NCBI GenBank assembly: GCA_963704435.1 | Contig: OY969902.1 | Location: 270,001-302,000 of the forward strand | Length of the DNA stretch: 32,000 nucleotides | Direction: 5' to 3' | Origin: an uncultured archaeon | GTDB taxonomy: Archaea; Micrarchaeota; Micrarchaeia; Micrarchaeales; CABMGC01 | In this document: one piece after another, positions 7,592 through 16,386 of the stretch | How the letters are laid out: each line of letters starts with the position of its first letter | Numbering within the stretch: position 1 is the stretch's first letter | The notes under the pieces: generated by a model | The model's input: the letters and a program-made list of their open reading frames with translations, nothing else | What the model was told of the DNA's origin: nothing | The model's database searches: none | Program-made: the position numbers and the translations under genes

Positions 7592-8935
7592 GTGTTGAAG
7601 TTGACTGAATTCGGTAATATCGCTCTGAAGCCAGAGCTTGTGGAATCCTTGAAGAGGATGGGCTTCGTATCGGCCACGGAAGTGCAGGAGAAGAGCATCC
7701 CCGAGCTCCTCACGGGCAAGAACCTGCTCGTTAGGGCCAAGACTGGCACCGGCAAGACCGCTGCCTTCATGATCCCCATAATGCAGCGCATCAGCGGATC
7801 TGGGGACGTCGAGGCCCTGGTCGTAGTGCCCACGAGGGAGCTGGCGCTGCAGGTATCCGCGTTCGCCCAGCGGCTCGGCAACCTTCTGCGCATACGCACG
7901 GTCACGATTTACGGGGGCGCGTCGATAAACGTCCAGATGCAGGCGCTCCGCGCGAGGCCCAACATAGTCGTAGGCACTCCTGGGAGGCTGCTCGACCTGT
8001 ATGAGCGCGGTGCGCTTGACCTTAGCGGTGTGAGATTCCTCGTGCTCGACGAGGCCGACCTCATGCTCGACATGGGTTTCATAGTTGACGTCGAGAAGAT
8101 CATCTCGAAGACGCCGTTCGATAAGCAGACGATGCTGTTCTCGGCCACCCTCCCCAGCGAGATAACAAGGATGGCAGAGAGATATTCGAACGGAAAGATC
8201 GCCAGGATATCGATAGGTGAGGAGGAAGACCTGACCGTCAGCACGATAAGGCACATGTACGTGATGGTTCCCAACAGGCTGCGCTTCTCAGCACTGCTTG
8301 CCTACATAAAGGAGTACGCGCCCAAGAAGGCGATAATCTTCGCAAGGACGAAGTTCGAGGCGAACGCAGTGCACAGGGTGCTCGTCAGCCAGGGCCATGA
8401 CGCGATACTCATGCACGGGGGCCTGACACAGGCGGCGAGGGAGAGGTCTCTCAGCCACTTCAGGAAGGGCGCGCAGTTCATGGTCGCTACGAACGTCGCG
8501 GCAAGGGGTCTCGACATTGCCGATATAACCGACATAATAAACTTCGGGGTCCCGAAGGAGCCGAATTCGTATGTCCACAGGGTCGGAAGGTCCGCCAGGA
8601 TGGGCAAGGACGGAAGGGCGGTGACGATAGCGAGCTCGGAGCAGCGCAACGAGATAAGGGACATAGAGGACTACGCCAACATAACGATGCAGAAGATAGA
8701 GCTCAACCTTGAGCCTTTCAACAACCTTCAGCTTCCGGTGAGGGAGTCTAGGGACGGGCCTGACCAGCGTCCATTCCATGGAAGGGGCCGAGACTCGAGC
8801 AGGGGCGGAGGCAGAGGATTCGGAGGCAGGAGGGGCTTCGGCGGAAGGAACTCAGGCAGGAGGGACCGGCGCGGAGAGGGACAGGGTTTCTTCCAGTGCT
8901 ACGAGCGTCCGCGCCACACCGAGCAGCATTCCTGA
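7592..8935 (+). CDS. DEAD-box ATP-dependent RNA helicase with C-terminal RGG-rich tail
   Basis: 447 aa. Motif I AKTGTGKT, Ia PTRELA, II VLDEAD, III SAT, VI HRVGRSAR. Tail reads GRGRDSSRGGGRGFGGRRGFGGRNSGRRDRRGEG. A TATA-like ctatatagg lies about 65 nt upstream. Confidence 0.92.
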   Translation: MLKLTEFGNIALKPELVESLKRMGFVSATEVQEKSIPELLTGKNLLVRAKTGTGKTAAFMIPIMQRISGSGDVEALVVVPTRELALQVSAFAQRLGNLLRIRTVTIYGGASINVQMQALRARPNIVVGTPGRLLDLYERGALDLSGVRFLVLDEADLMLDMGFIVDVEKIISKTPFDKQTMLFSATLPSEITRMAERYSNGKIARISIGEEEDLTVSTIRHMYVMVPNRLRFSALLAYIKEYAPKKAIIFARTKFEANAVHRVLVSQGHDAILMHGGLTQAARERSLSHFRKGAQFMVATNVAARGLDIADITDIINFGVPKEPNSYVHRVGRSARMGKDGRAVTIASSEQRNEIRDIEDYANITMQKIELNLEPFNNLQLPVRESRDGPDQRPFHGRGRDSSRGGGRGFGGRRGFGGRNSGRRDRRGEGQGFFQCYERPRHTEQHS

Positions 8936-9087
8936 TTCTGCGCCGGGCATCGTCCGCGCAATGTTTAAATAGCTAGGGCAAGCATCAGCATTGGTGCGGT
9001 TTCATAGCGGGAGAGAAAATCGACAAGCTCGCGTGGGTCTGCCTGAAGGGAGGCAAGATACTCTGCACGAGATCTAAGGGAAAGGAC

Positions 9088-9408
9088 ATGTTCTACATGC
9101 CTGGCGGAAAGAGGGAAAAGGGAGAGACCGACGCGCAGGCGCTGGCGAGGGAGCTCAAAGAAGAGCTTACCATCGACCTCTTGCCCGATTCAATGAAGCG
9201 GGTGGGAATTTTCGAGGCCCAGGCGCACGGAAAACCTGAAGGCACGATGGTCAAGCTGCAGTGCTACAGTGGCGATTTCAAAGGCACAATCAAGCCGGCG
9301 TCGGAGATAGCGGAGGCGGCATGGCTTTCCTACTCCGACAGGGATAAAATCTCCGCCGCGGGAAAATTGCTGTTCGACTTTCTGAAACAAAGGAACCTGA
9401 TGAAATAG
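9088..9408 (+). CDS. NUDIX hydrolase (annotated from the first canonical start; the true N-terminus is probably upstream)
   Basis: Nudix box GGKREKGETDAQALARELKEELTI. The in-frame region 8977-9087 (..IDKLAWVCLKGGKILCTRSKGKD) looks like the first Nudix beta strands but has no ATG/GTG/TTG. Confidence 0.7.
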   Translation: MFYMPGGKREKGETDAQALARELKEELTIDLLPDSMKRVGIFEAQAHGKPEGTMVKLQCYSGDFKGTIKPASEIAEAAWLSYSDRDKISAAGKLLFDFLKQRNLMK

Positions 9409-9421
9409 CGATTGAACATTA

Positions 9422-9495
9422 CGGGGAGTCCGCGATTTGAACGCGGGTCACCAGCGCCCGAGGCTGGTAGCCTAACCAAGCTAGCAGAACTCCCC
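9422..9495 (-). tRNA. tRNA-Pro (anticodon CGG)
   Basis: Hand-folded cloverleaf: acceptor GGGGAGT/ACTCCCC, D arm with loop AGCTTGGTTA, anticodon stem CCAGC/GCTGG with loop CTCGGGC, T arm CCGCG-TTCAAAT-CGCGG, discriminator G. No encoded CCA, no intron. Confidence 0.85.
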
Positions 9496-9498
9496 CTC

Positions 9499-10587
9499 TC
9501 AGATAATCTTACATCCCTTCTTCGTTATAAGTATGTCGTCTTCAATCCTCGCCCCGCCCAAGCCAGGAATGTACACTCCCGGCTCGACTGCGAAGACCAT
9601 GTTCTCCTTTAGTTCTAGTTTCGCCCCGGGGGATAGGACCCCTCCTATGTCATGGACCTCTATTCCGACGGAGTGCCCCAAAGCGGTTATGAACTTGCCT
9701 TTGTATCTTCCTTTGCCGAAAGCATCGATATACGACCTTGCGATTCCATCCACCTCATCGCACTTCATCCCTGGTTTTATTCCCTCGATTGCCCTCTTTT
9801 GCGCCTCCTTGACTACATTGAGCATCTCCGCCTTTCTCGCGTAGCCCTTTCCACCCGCGCCACCGAAGATGAAGGTCCTTGTTATGTCGCTGCAGTAGTT
9901 GTTCACCCTCGCGCCCGCGTCAATCAGCACGAAATCGCCTGTCCTGAGCTTCGTCTTGTCCGGCTTGTGATGCGGCAGCGCCGCGTTCTTGCCGAAGTCC
10001 ATTATCGTGTCAAATGACGGGCCCTCCGAGCCCAGCCTCTCTGAAATGTCGTCGAACCTCATTGCGATGTCCCGTTCGGTCACTCCTGGCCTTAGGTCCC
10101 TGCGTATCTTTTCCATCGCCGTCCGGGTTATCCTCGCAGCTTCTCTGATGTTCTTCAGCTCCTCAGCATCTTTCACAATCCTTGCCTTCAGGAACGAGCT
10201 GTTCACGTCTACTATGCCCTTCGGCATGAACCTTTTCTTAAGCCACACGTACGTCTCATAGGGCACGAAGGACCCGTTTATCCCTATCCGCTTGCCCTTC
10301 AGCGCAGCCGAGAGCAGGGCCCTGACGACCTCGGCATCCTCCATCTTTATTATCCTAAGTCCGCTGAACCTCTGCTCGAACGCGGTCTCGTACTCCAGCG
10401 TGCTCACGTAAAGGGTCAGCCCCTTCCTCTCGACTATCAGGATGTCGCTCTCGAATATTCCTCCCTTGAAGCCCGTCAAGTAGGTGAAGTTCGGGTCCTT
10501 CTCCGATGAGTTCAACAGGACTATCTTGTCCACTCCCTTGCAGGAGCCGAATATCCTGTCGATTTTCTCCCTAAGCCGCTTTTCCAT
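9499..10587 (-). CDS. M24 family Xaa-Pro peptidase / aminopeptidase P-like
   Basis: 362 aa. Creatinase-like N-domain plus pita-bread domain, with metal-ligand blocks DFVLIDAGA, CSDITRT, GHSVGIEVHD, FAVEPGVY and ARIEDD. Confidence 0.9.
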   Translation of the reverse strand: MEKRLREKIDRIFGSCKGVDKIVLLNSSEKDPNFTYLTGFKGGIFESDILIVERKGLTLYVSTLEYETAFEQRFSGLRIIKMEDAEVVRALLSAALKGKRIGINGSFVPYETYVWLKKRFMPKGIVDVNSSFLKARIVKDAEELKNIREAARITRTAMEKIRRDLRPGVTERDIAMRFDDISERLGSEGPSFDTIMDFGKNAALPHHKPDKTKLRTGDFVLIDAGARVNNYCSDITRTFIFGGAGGKGYARKAEMLNVVKEAQKRAIEGIKPGMKCDEVDGIARSYIDAFGKGRYKGKFITALGHSVGIEVHDIGGVLSPGAKLELKENMVFAVEPGVYIPGLGGARIEDDILITKKGCKII

Positions 10588-11041
10588 CCAAAACCCTTTT
10601 TATCAGTTCAAGGATGGAACGCTCATTTAGAAAAACGTTTGTGTAGCTCCTTTGTCTCATTATGTCATCGAACGGCGCCCACTTGTAATCCGAATTCTCT
10701 ATGTTCAGCCTGACTTTCCTTGTCTTAGAACGCAGCACGTACAGGCTGTTGCTGTATCTCTCCCTCCTCCGCGACTCGAACTTCATGACGTTCTTCCGCT
10801 TGGTCAGCAGTCTTAGATTATCCCTGCAGATTCCCGTCTCCTCACGTATCTCTCTGTAGGCGGTCTCGTCGTAGCCCTCTTCGGCTCGCTTCCCTCCCGC
10901 CACGAACGTCCACGCTCCGGGGTCCGTGATGAAGGGGAAAGACCTGCGCTTGACTAGCAGCAGCCTGCCCCTGCTGACTATTATCGCGGTTATCCCGTCA
11001 TGTCTAGCCCGCCTATACTGTTTTTCTCCCGCGCGAAGCAT
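10571..11041 (-). CDS. NUDIX hydrolase
   Basis: 156 aa. Nudix box GGKRAEEGYDETAYREIREETGI. Its 3' end overlaps the start of the peptidase gene by 17 nt. Confidence 0.8.
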   Translation of the reverse strand: MLRAGEKQYRRARHDGITAIIVSRGRLLLVKRRSFPFITDPGAWTFVAGGKRAEEGYDETAYREIREETGICRDNLRLLTKRKNVMKFESRRRERYSNSLYVLRSKTRKVRLNIENSDYKWAPFDDIMRQRSYTNVFLNERSILELIKRVLDGKAA

Positions 11042-11085
11042 AGATATTTATCTCGGAAAAACCATTATAATAGACGGTCGTTGCG

Positions 11086-12300
11086 ATGTACGAAACGGGC
11101 CCGTCGATAACGCGCTCACCCTCAGTATATCTTAACATGCGTGACCCCCATCTTCTCAAGTACTACTACAAGTTCAAGACCATAGACCTGATGCAGAAGG
11201 AGAGCATCAGCGGCTCGTCGCCCCCCGACATCTTCGTAGGGCGGTTCGGCTATCCTAATGTCTACATCGGTCCCATGGTGCCTCCTGTCTACGGTGACAC
11301 CACGATACTCTCGAGCCCCGAGAGCTGGGTCGGGAAGACGATACCTGAGATCGTGGAGTACAGGTCGATGCTGGTGCGCGGGATGCAGCGCGAGAACGTC
11401 AAGGTCGCGGCCAGCAGCAAGGTGGGGGACATGCTTCAGGAGCTCGCGCTCGCGGACAGGTACACCGGCGTGGACATGTCGCTCAGGAGCAGGCCGTCGC
11501 TGAGGATGAAGCTCGACGAGAACAGCGAGCCGTTCGGCCCCAGCGCGCAGCTGAAGGACCTCGCAGTGGGGAACACGAGGGCTAACAGGGACCTGGAGAA
11601 GGCGTTCTTCGACACCGACCTAGCAGCCAAGGACGCCATGGCCGAGCTCTACTTCAAAGGCCTGCCTGTCTCGCAGCTGCAGAAGGCCCTCTCCGCGGGC
11701 ACGCTCGGGCGCAAGGGCGCGAGGAAGTTCGTCCCGACCCGGTGGAGCATAACCGCCGTGGACGACACCCTGGGCAAGCAGAGGCTCGAGAGCGTAAAGG
11801 AGTACGAGAGCATTGCCTCGCCGCTCGCGTTCGAGACGATAGGGCTCGACAACAGGTGGCTCGTGCTCATGTTCCCGGGCTCATGGAGCTACGAGCTGGT
11901 GGAGGCGTGGTACCCGAACACCACGTGGAACATGGAGAGCAAGGACATAGCCATATACTCGTCGAGCGAGTTCTTCGAGGGCAGGAAGACCTATGCTGAG
12001 ATAGGCGGCTGCTACTACGCCGCGAGGCTTGCGGTCTCGGAGCTTCTCGACAAGGTCAAGGCGCAGGCACGGGTCGTTATCCTGAGGGAGACGCATTCAG
12101 GCTACATAATGCCAGTCGGCGTGTGGAACGTCAGGGAGCATGTCAGGGCGGCCCTGCGAAACCCTCCTACGACATTCGACTCGACGCGGAGCGCGTTAGA
12201 CCACATCGCAAGCAAGATGGAGATACCGCTGAGCGCGTGGGTGAGGAACAGCACAGTGCTGAGGTACGTGCTCCACCAGAGGCTGCTCAGCGCGCAATGA
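11086..12300 (+). CDS. Nre-family (DUF650/DUF651) archaeal DNA repair-associated protein
   Basis: 404 aa. The blocks SSPPDIFVGRFGYPNVYIGPMVPP, FVPTRWSITAVDD and GGCYYAARLAV...GYIMPVGVWNVRE are recalled from archaeal Nre proteins. Assignment from memory of the family only. Confidence 0.55.
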   Translation: MYETGPSITRSPSVYLNMRDPHLLKYYYKFKTIDLMQKESISGSSPPDIFVGRFGYPNVYIGPMVPPVYGDTTILSSPESWVGKTIPEIVEYRSMLVRGMQRENVKVAASSKVGDMLQELALADRYTGVDMSLRSRPSLRMKLDENSEPFGPSAQLKDLAVGNTRANRDLEKAFFDTDLAAKDAMAELYFKGLPVSQLQKALSAGTLGRKGARKFVPTRWSITAVDDTLGKQRLESVKEYESIASPLAFETIGLDNRWLVLMFPGSWSYELVEAWYPNTTWNMESKDIAIYSSSEFFEGRKTYAEIGGCYYAARLAVSELLDKVKAQARVVILRETHSGYIMPVGVWNVREHVRAALRNPPTTFDSTRSALDHIASKMEIPLSAWVRNSTVLRYVLHQRLLSAQ

Positions 12301-12498
12301 TTTCTGACGAATGTTTATTAATCATTATGCGGAATATCCCTTAGGACTCTCTATCAGGATCGATACCTATGAATGTTGCCATTGTCTCTTATCCTTCGGG
12401 CGCGACTTAGCCCGCCCGAGCGCATGATGACAACCTAATATGATCGCTACAAGATGATTGGAGAAGTATCTAATCCGCTGATGCTTGTTAAAGCTACT

Positions 12499-13119
12499 TT
12501 AGAGAACCTTGTCTGCGTTATCCTTTCTGGCAGCGTTCAGTTCCATACAGACTTCCTTCCTAAGTCTTTTGCTGTATTTTTTTAGGTATAGTTCAAGCTT
12601 GTCCTTGTCAATCTCCTTAGCCAAATTATCCATCGCATCGTCCCTGATGCCATGCTTGTAATACACCAGGTCAATAAGCGTCTTCTCAGGATCCGACACA
12701 GGGAGCCACATGTCATAATGCTTGACGAAACCGAATCCAAAGAACAGTTTTGGCTTCACTCGCTTCACAATATAGTTCGCTCCTATGAACTCCCTCAGGC
12801 CCTCCCTGACGCCATTTGTGGTCATCACCACAGGGTTCGTCGCCTGGGTCCAGAAGTTCCTATATGAGAGCGCGTCCTCGAGCCCGTAATAAAAAGGCCT
12901 AAACGCGAAGCCAACAATCGCGAGATCATCGTGAAAAGTGTATGTGCCCCTACTTATCCTGTGTATCTCTCCCGTCTTCATCAGGTGGTTAATGAGCAGC
13001 TTTAGGTATCTCTGGCTTATGCCCAAGCTGCCCAGTAGGACCCTCGCATCGCTGAGTGTGAATATGGGATAGTCCGCGCTGCAGAACCTCTCCCTCAGCA
13101 GGCTTACATATTTGGTCAT
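12499..13119 (-). CDS. AbiEi-like (COG5340-type) wHTH antitoxin / transcriptional regulator
   Basis: 206 aa. N-terminal wHTH with ...KTGEIHRISRGTYTF (the RGxY motif of the AbiEi N-domain) and C-terminal PEKTLIDLVYY block. A 4-nt ATGA overlap links it to the upstream nucleotidyltransferase gene. Confidence 0.7.
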   Translation of the reverse strand: MTKYVSLLRERFCSADYPIFTLSDARVLLGSLGISQRYLKLLINHLMKTGEIHRISRGTYTFHDDLAIVGFAFRPFYYGLEDALSYRNFWTQATNPVVMTTNGVREGLREFIGANYIVKRVKPKLFFGFGFVKHYDMWLPVSDPEKTLIDLVYYKHGIRDDAMDNLAKEIDKDKLELYLKKYSKRLRKEVCMELNAARKDNADKVL

Positions 13120-13781
13120 TGGATCCTATCTCTTATGTATTCCACCAGGCTCGCGAACGAAGGCACGGGCCCTTCATATATGAGGTCCTTCAATCTCTCT
13201 TCCTCTTTTCGCATGCCCTTCTCCACATCTATCGCAGATACGAATGCCTTCAATTGCGGCCTTACCTCGCCAATATCTGCGAAATCTACCAAAATGCGCA
13301 GGTCATATAAGTCAGTTATCGATCTGCGGCCATTGTATGCGCTTATCTTTTCTAGTACTAAGGCTTCGGGAGGCAAGGTCAAAACCTCTCCGAAGGTGCC
13401 ATCCAGATTCTCATACTGCCTTATTACCGGATTCTTGTAATACGCCTTGTAGTTGATGTCTATCTCCGAGTATATCCCATCCATAAGTAATTCCATATAG
13501 ATGAGATTTCCCGTGTCCTTGAGCTTTATTACCTCAGCACCGTAGTCTTTCGCAGTGTCTCTTATTCTCTCCTTCAGCTCCTGCCATTTCGTCTGCGACG
13601 CCACGTAAATATCAATATCCTTCGAGAATCTTCTTCCTCCATAGCATCGCCATATGGCCGTGCCACCATGTATCTCAACTGTGCTATCCATTCCATAAAT
13701 GATTTTGACCATCACGTCTTCAAGCAAGGCGACGTCCCTGTGCGCTCGCTTTCGCAGCCTATTCATGAGCGGTATGTTCAT
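13116..13781 (-). CDS. AbiEii/AbiGii-family nucleotidyltransferase toxin (DUF1814-like)
   Basis: 221 aa. IHGGTAIWRCYGGRRFSKDIDIYV matches the GGTAL...R.S.DLDF NTase signature. Later blocks are EKISA and DLYDL. Confidence 0.75.
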   Translation of the reverse strand: MNIPLMNRLRKRAHRDVALLEDVMVKIIYGMDSTVEIHGGTAIWRCYGGRRFSKDIDIYVASQTKWQELKERIRDTAKDYGAEVIKLKDTGNLIYMELLMDGIYSEIDINYKAYYKNPVIRQYENLDGTFGEVLTLPPEALVLEKISAYNGRRSITDLYDLRILVDFADIGEVRPQLKAFVSAIDVEKGMRKEEERLKDLIYEGPVPSFASLVEYIRDRIQ

Positions 13782-13786
13782 TTAAA

Positions 13787-13882
13787 TAACCAAAGTTCAT
13801 ATTATAATATAACTTAGGTAAATCAATATATATAAATCTTTTGTTTTCATAACCAAAGTTATATTATACTATAACCTAGGTG
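13787..13882. repeat. Imperfect 33/34-bp direct repeat (two copies, 63 bp period) in the AbiE-1 promoter region
   Basis: ataaccaaagttcatattataatataacttaggt (13787-13820) versus ataaccaaagttatattatactataacctaggt (13850-13882). One indel and two mismatches. Confidence 0.75.
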
Positions 13883-13887
13883 ATGCT

Positions 13888-16095
13888 TCAGATCACAATG
13901 ACTTTATCCTTTCCTGCGATTATATCGAAGGCTTTTGTGTCCCGCTTCTTTTCTCCAAGGATAGCTACCCTGTATTTTTTACCTGAGATGACGCCTTCTA
14001 CTAAGATAAATCCGTTGTTATCCGATTCCCCTTCAAAAATCTTTTCCCCAACATAGAACACCTCCGCCTTGGCGTGACTCTTCGATTCTCCACCCACACC
14101 AGTGAATCTTATCTTCATAGGGCTTCTTACAAGTTCTCTACATCCCACTTCGAGCGTTACTTCATCCACTTTAGCTGGGCTCTCTGTACTTTGCTGCGAA
14201 ATCTTCACGAATACGGAATCTACCATGTTCTTTCCTGTTGCCGAATTCTCAATGCGGCTCAGTGCGCATATCCTGTGCTCAAGCGTCTTGAGCCTCTCGA
14301 TTACGGCCTCCCGCTCAGTTTCATTGAAAGGCAGGTCGTCGGCTGCAAACTTGGCTACGTCCGAACTCTGCCTGAAATAGAGCTTCGTTTGGCAGAGGCG
14401 CCTTATGCTTGGCTCGATGTCAGTAACGTTGTGCGTAATGAGGATAAGTCCTACGCCCTTCTTCCGGAAATCCTGTATCCTCTGTTTCAGGTCTGCCGTT
14501 GCGGCCGACTTTTCTTCCCTTCCGAATATCAGTTGCGCCTCTTCCAAGCAGATCAGCATCCTAAGGGCGTTATCCCCCAATATGTCTAACGAATCGGAAA
14601 AACCATAAGTCTGTCCAAGTATCAGCGCATAAAAGAAGGGCTTCATCTTATTGCTTACGTTTGAAAGGTCGAATACGACACCCTTTTCAAGAATCGCGCC
14701 GAAGTCGATTCCATCTGCGAACGCAAACTCGGGCCTGTTCAACATCAGCCTCAGATTTTCCAATGACGCCTTTACGTTTTCTCCGTGTTTTGTATATTTC
14801 ACGCTCGCATTCGTCTTCGTCGAATGCTGCTCTATGATTGCTGCCTCTATCGCGTTGTATACTTCGACAGGATCTGGTGCGCGTGTGTTCCTATAGACTT
14901 TATGAAACGCTGCGAGCAGGCACTTCTCCAAGGAATCTTGATACGGCCCTGCGTTTGACGCAGATGCCAGCAGCATGGCTAAGTTCTCATAGAACCTCTC
15001 TAGGTTTATGCTCGCGTCGCATTTGAAGAAGTTTATGGGCACTTTTGAAAGGTAAGGGCTGATCACATAAGATCTATTCGTGCGACCAACCGCGTTCCAT
15101 TCCTCGGTTGGAGATATCACGATTGACTTTGAATTTCTTTCCTTCATTACCTCTTCCACAATGCGCCTAGCAGCAAAGGTCTTTCCTGTCCCAGGAACTC
15201 CAGTTACGAGAGTCCCTAAATTCAACGTTTTCTCACTTATTCCTATTTCCTGTTCGGTCTCTCTTACAGAGCCTTCGAGGTAGTTGCCTATAACTATGCC
15301 TCCGACCTGTAATCCGCTAACAGTATTTATTGTCCTAAGCATTCTTGTCCTGTCTGAGAATCCAAGCATCATTGACACGTGCTTGGCATCGTTCGGAATC
15401 GCGTCTATTCCCCTAAGTCTATCAAGTATTTCCGATAGGGGACCCCCTTCGGTTTCGAATTCATCAAGAATCAGCAGCCTGGACTTTAGGTATGCGTATA
15501 GGGGCATATCTCCATAATCTATTAGAATTGTTGTTTTGTATGCAGTGCCATTCGCAAGCATTGCCCCGTCCAGTGATTCTAGAATTCCAATGAGCGCTTT
15601 TCTTTCATCCGACTCATAATAAAGATCCCGTTGTAGTGCATCAGTCTCCGAATATGAATTTAATCGGGTACTGAGGCTTTTTGTGAGCCGTATGTCCTTC
15701 TGGCTGATTCTCTCCTCCACCTTTCCTTTCACCTCACTAATGTACTTCTTGTTTACTGGTGCAAAAGACACAAGTAGCGCGGAAGCAGCTCCCCCAAAAA
15801 TTCGATACATGACATCAAAGGTGCCTTCACTCTCGCTTGCGGGAAATGCTATGATGCACCTTTTCCTGCCAGGCCATGATAGCTCCTTTTCTGAGATAGC
15901 AAACTCTGCACCAGGCAGTGCTTTCTTGACTGTTTCTACTCCATCTTCATTCTCGGTTGCCAGGAAGGTTTCCCGCCTTTTAAGGTCGTGGTACATGGCA
16001 AACTGCGCACCGAGAAGAGACTCCACGAGTAGCTTTCTGTCCATTTCACAGGGTAGCGAGAGTATCTTCGCAATCTTAAGATTATTGTTCGTCAT
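13888..16095 (-). CDS. HerA/FtsK/DUF87-type P-loop ATPase with C-terminal beta-sandwich-like domain (last gene of the T4SS-like operon)
   Basis: 735 aa. Walker A GVPGTGKTF, Walker B MLICLEEAQ, RKKGVGLILITHNVTD. No TM segment. The C-terminal 80 aa (MKIRFTGVGGESKSHAKAEVFYVGEKIFEGESDNNGFILVEGVISGKKYRVAIL) resemble a carboxypeptidase-regulatory/prealbumin-like fold. Confidence 0.8.
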   Translation of the reverse strand: MTNNNLKIAKILSLPCEMDRKLLVESLLGAQFAMYHDLKRRETFLATENEDGVETVKKALPGAEFAISEKELSWPGRKRCIIAFPASESEGTFDVMYRIFGGAASALLVSFAPVNKKYISEVKGKVEERISQKDIRLTKSLSTRLNSYSETDALQRDLYYESDERKALIGILESLDGAMLANGTAYKTTILIDYGDMPLYAYLKSRLLILDEFETEGGPLSEILDRLRGIDAIPNDAKHVSMMLGFSDRTRMLRTINTVSGLQVGGIVIGNYLEGSVRETEQEIGISEKTLNLGTLVTGVPGTGKTFAARRIVEEVMKERNSKSIVISPTEEWNAVGRTNRSYVISPYLSKVPINFFKCDASINLERFYENLAMLLASASNAGPYQDSLEKCLLAAFHKVYRNTRAPDPVEVYNAIEAAIIEQHSTKTNASVKYTKHGENVKASLENLRLMLNRPEFAFADGIDFGAILEKGVVFDLSNVSNKMKPFFYALILGQTYGFSDSLDILGDNALRMLICLEEAQLIFGREEKSAATADLKQRIQDFRKKGVGLILITHNVTDIEPSIRRLCQTKLYFRQSSDVAKFAADDLPFNETEREAVIERLKTLEHRICALSRIENSATGKNMVDSVFVKISQQSTESPAKVDEVTLEVGCRELVRSPMKIRFTGVGGESKSHAKAEVFYVGEKIFEGESDNNGFILVEGVISGKKYRVAILGEKKRDTKAFDIIAGKDKVIVI

Positions 16096-16101
16096 AACAC
16101 A

Positions 16102-16386
16102 TCACCTTAAGATGAAGATGAAGACCGCGAGTATCAGCAGGTTGATTGTTGCGCATGCAACGGACCTTCCGAACCTGCCCCTTATCGCTGGTTTTTGGCT
16201 GCCCTTCGAGTGCAATATAAGAGAGGTCGCCATGGCCGCGGCCATTATGGGAAAGACGCACCACGCCATACCAAACAGCACGCACGCTATCGATATTGTC
16301 GAGGCCAGGCCTGCCGCCAAGACCAGGCGCACCAGGCGGCATTCTCCGTGCGACATACGCGCATACATTTCTTTAAATCCGGCCAT
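16102..16386 (-). CDS. Small membrane protein (94 aa, about 3 TM)
   Basis: Hydrophobic segments LVLAAGLASTISIACVLFGMAW, VFPIMAAAMATSLIL and ATINLLILAVFIFIL. Its start overlaps the upstream stop (TGATG). Confidence 0.5.
   Translation of the reverse strand: MAGFKEMYARMSHGECRLVRLVLAAGLASTISIACVLFGMAWCVFPIMAAAMATSLILHSKGSQKPAIRGRFGRSVACATINLLILAVFIFILR

Noticed and set aside
7541-8779. Several long ORFs on the minus strand and in alternative frames (237, 163, 121, 120 and 107 aa) across the DEAD-box helicase gene
   Set aside because: They lie entirely inside a motif-perfect helicase ORF in a GC-rich region where stop-poor shadow frames are expected. Their products are Arg/Pro/Leu-rich low-complexity sequences with no motifs.
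12277-12300. C-terminal QRLLSAQ of the Nre-family protein as a PCNA-interacting (PIP) box
   Set aside because: It lacks the two aromatic residues of the Qxx(L/I/M)xx(F/Y)(F/Y) consensus.
12396-12419. GC-rich hairpin tcgggcg-N10-cgcccga, and its weak resemblance (gggcgcgact.. versus gggagcgcgact.. at 23430-23447) as possible att sites of the island
   Set aside because: Only about 17 of 25 positions match, with gaps, which is within chance for a 32-kb window. No recombinase supports an att interpretation.
12423-12480. Possible C/D-box sRNA: ATGATGA (C box) ... ATGATTG ... CTGA (D box) spanning 58 nt in the spacer after the Nre-family gene
   Set aside because: There is no acceptable D' box. 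The C' box is degenerate. The distance from the C' box to the D box is 17 nt rather than about 12, and there is no terminal stem. It could be rechecked with snoscan-type tools and RNA-seq.
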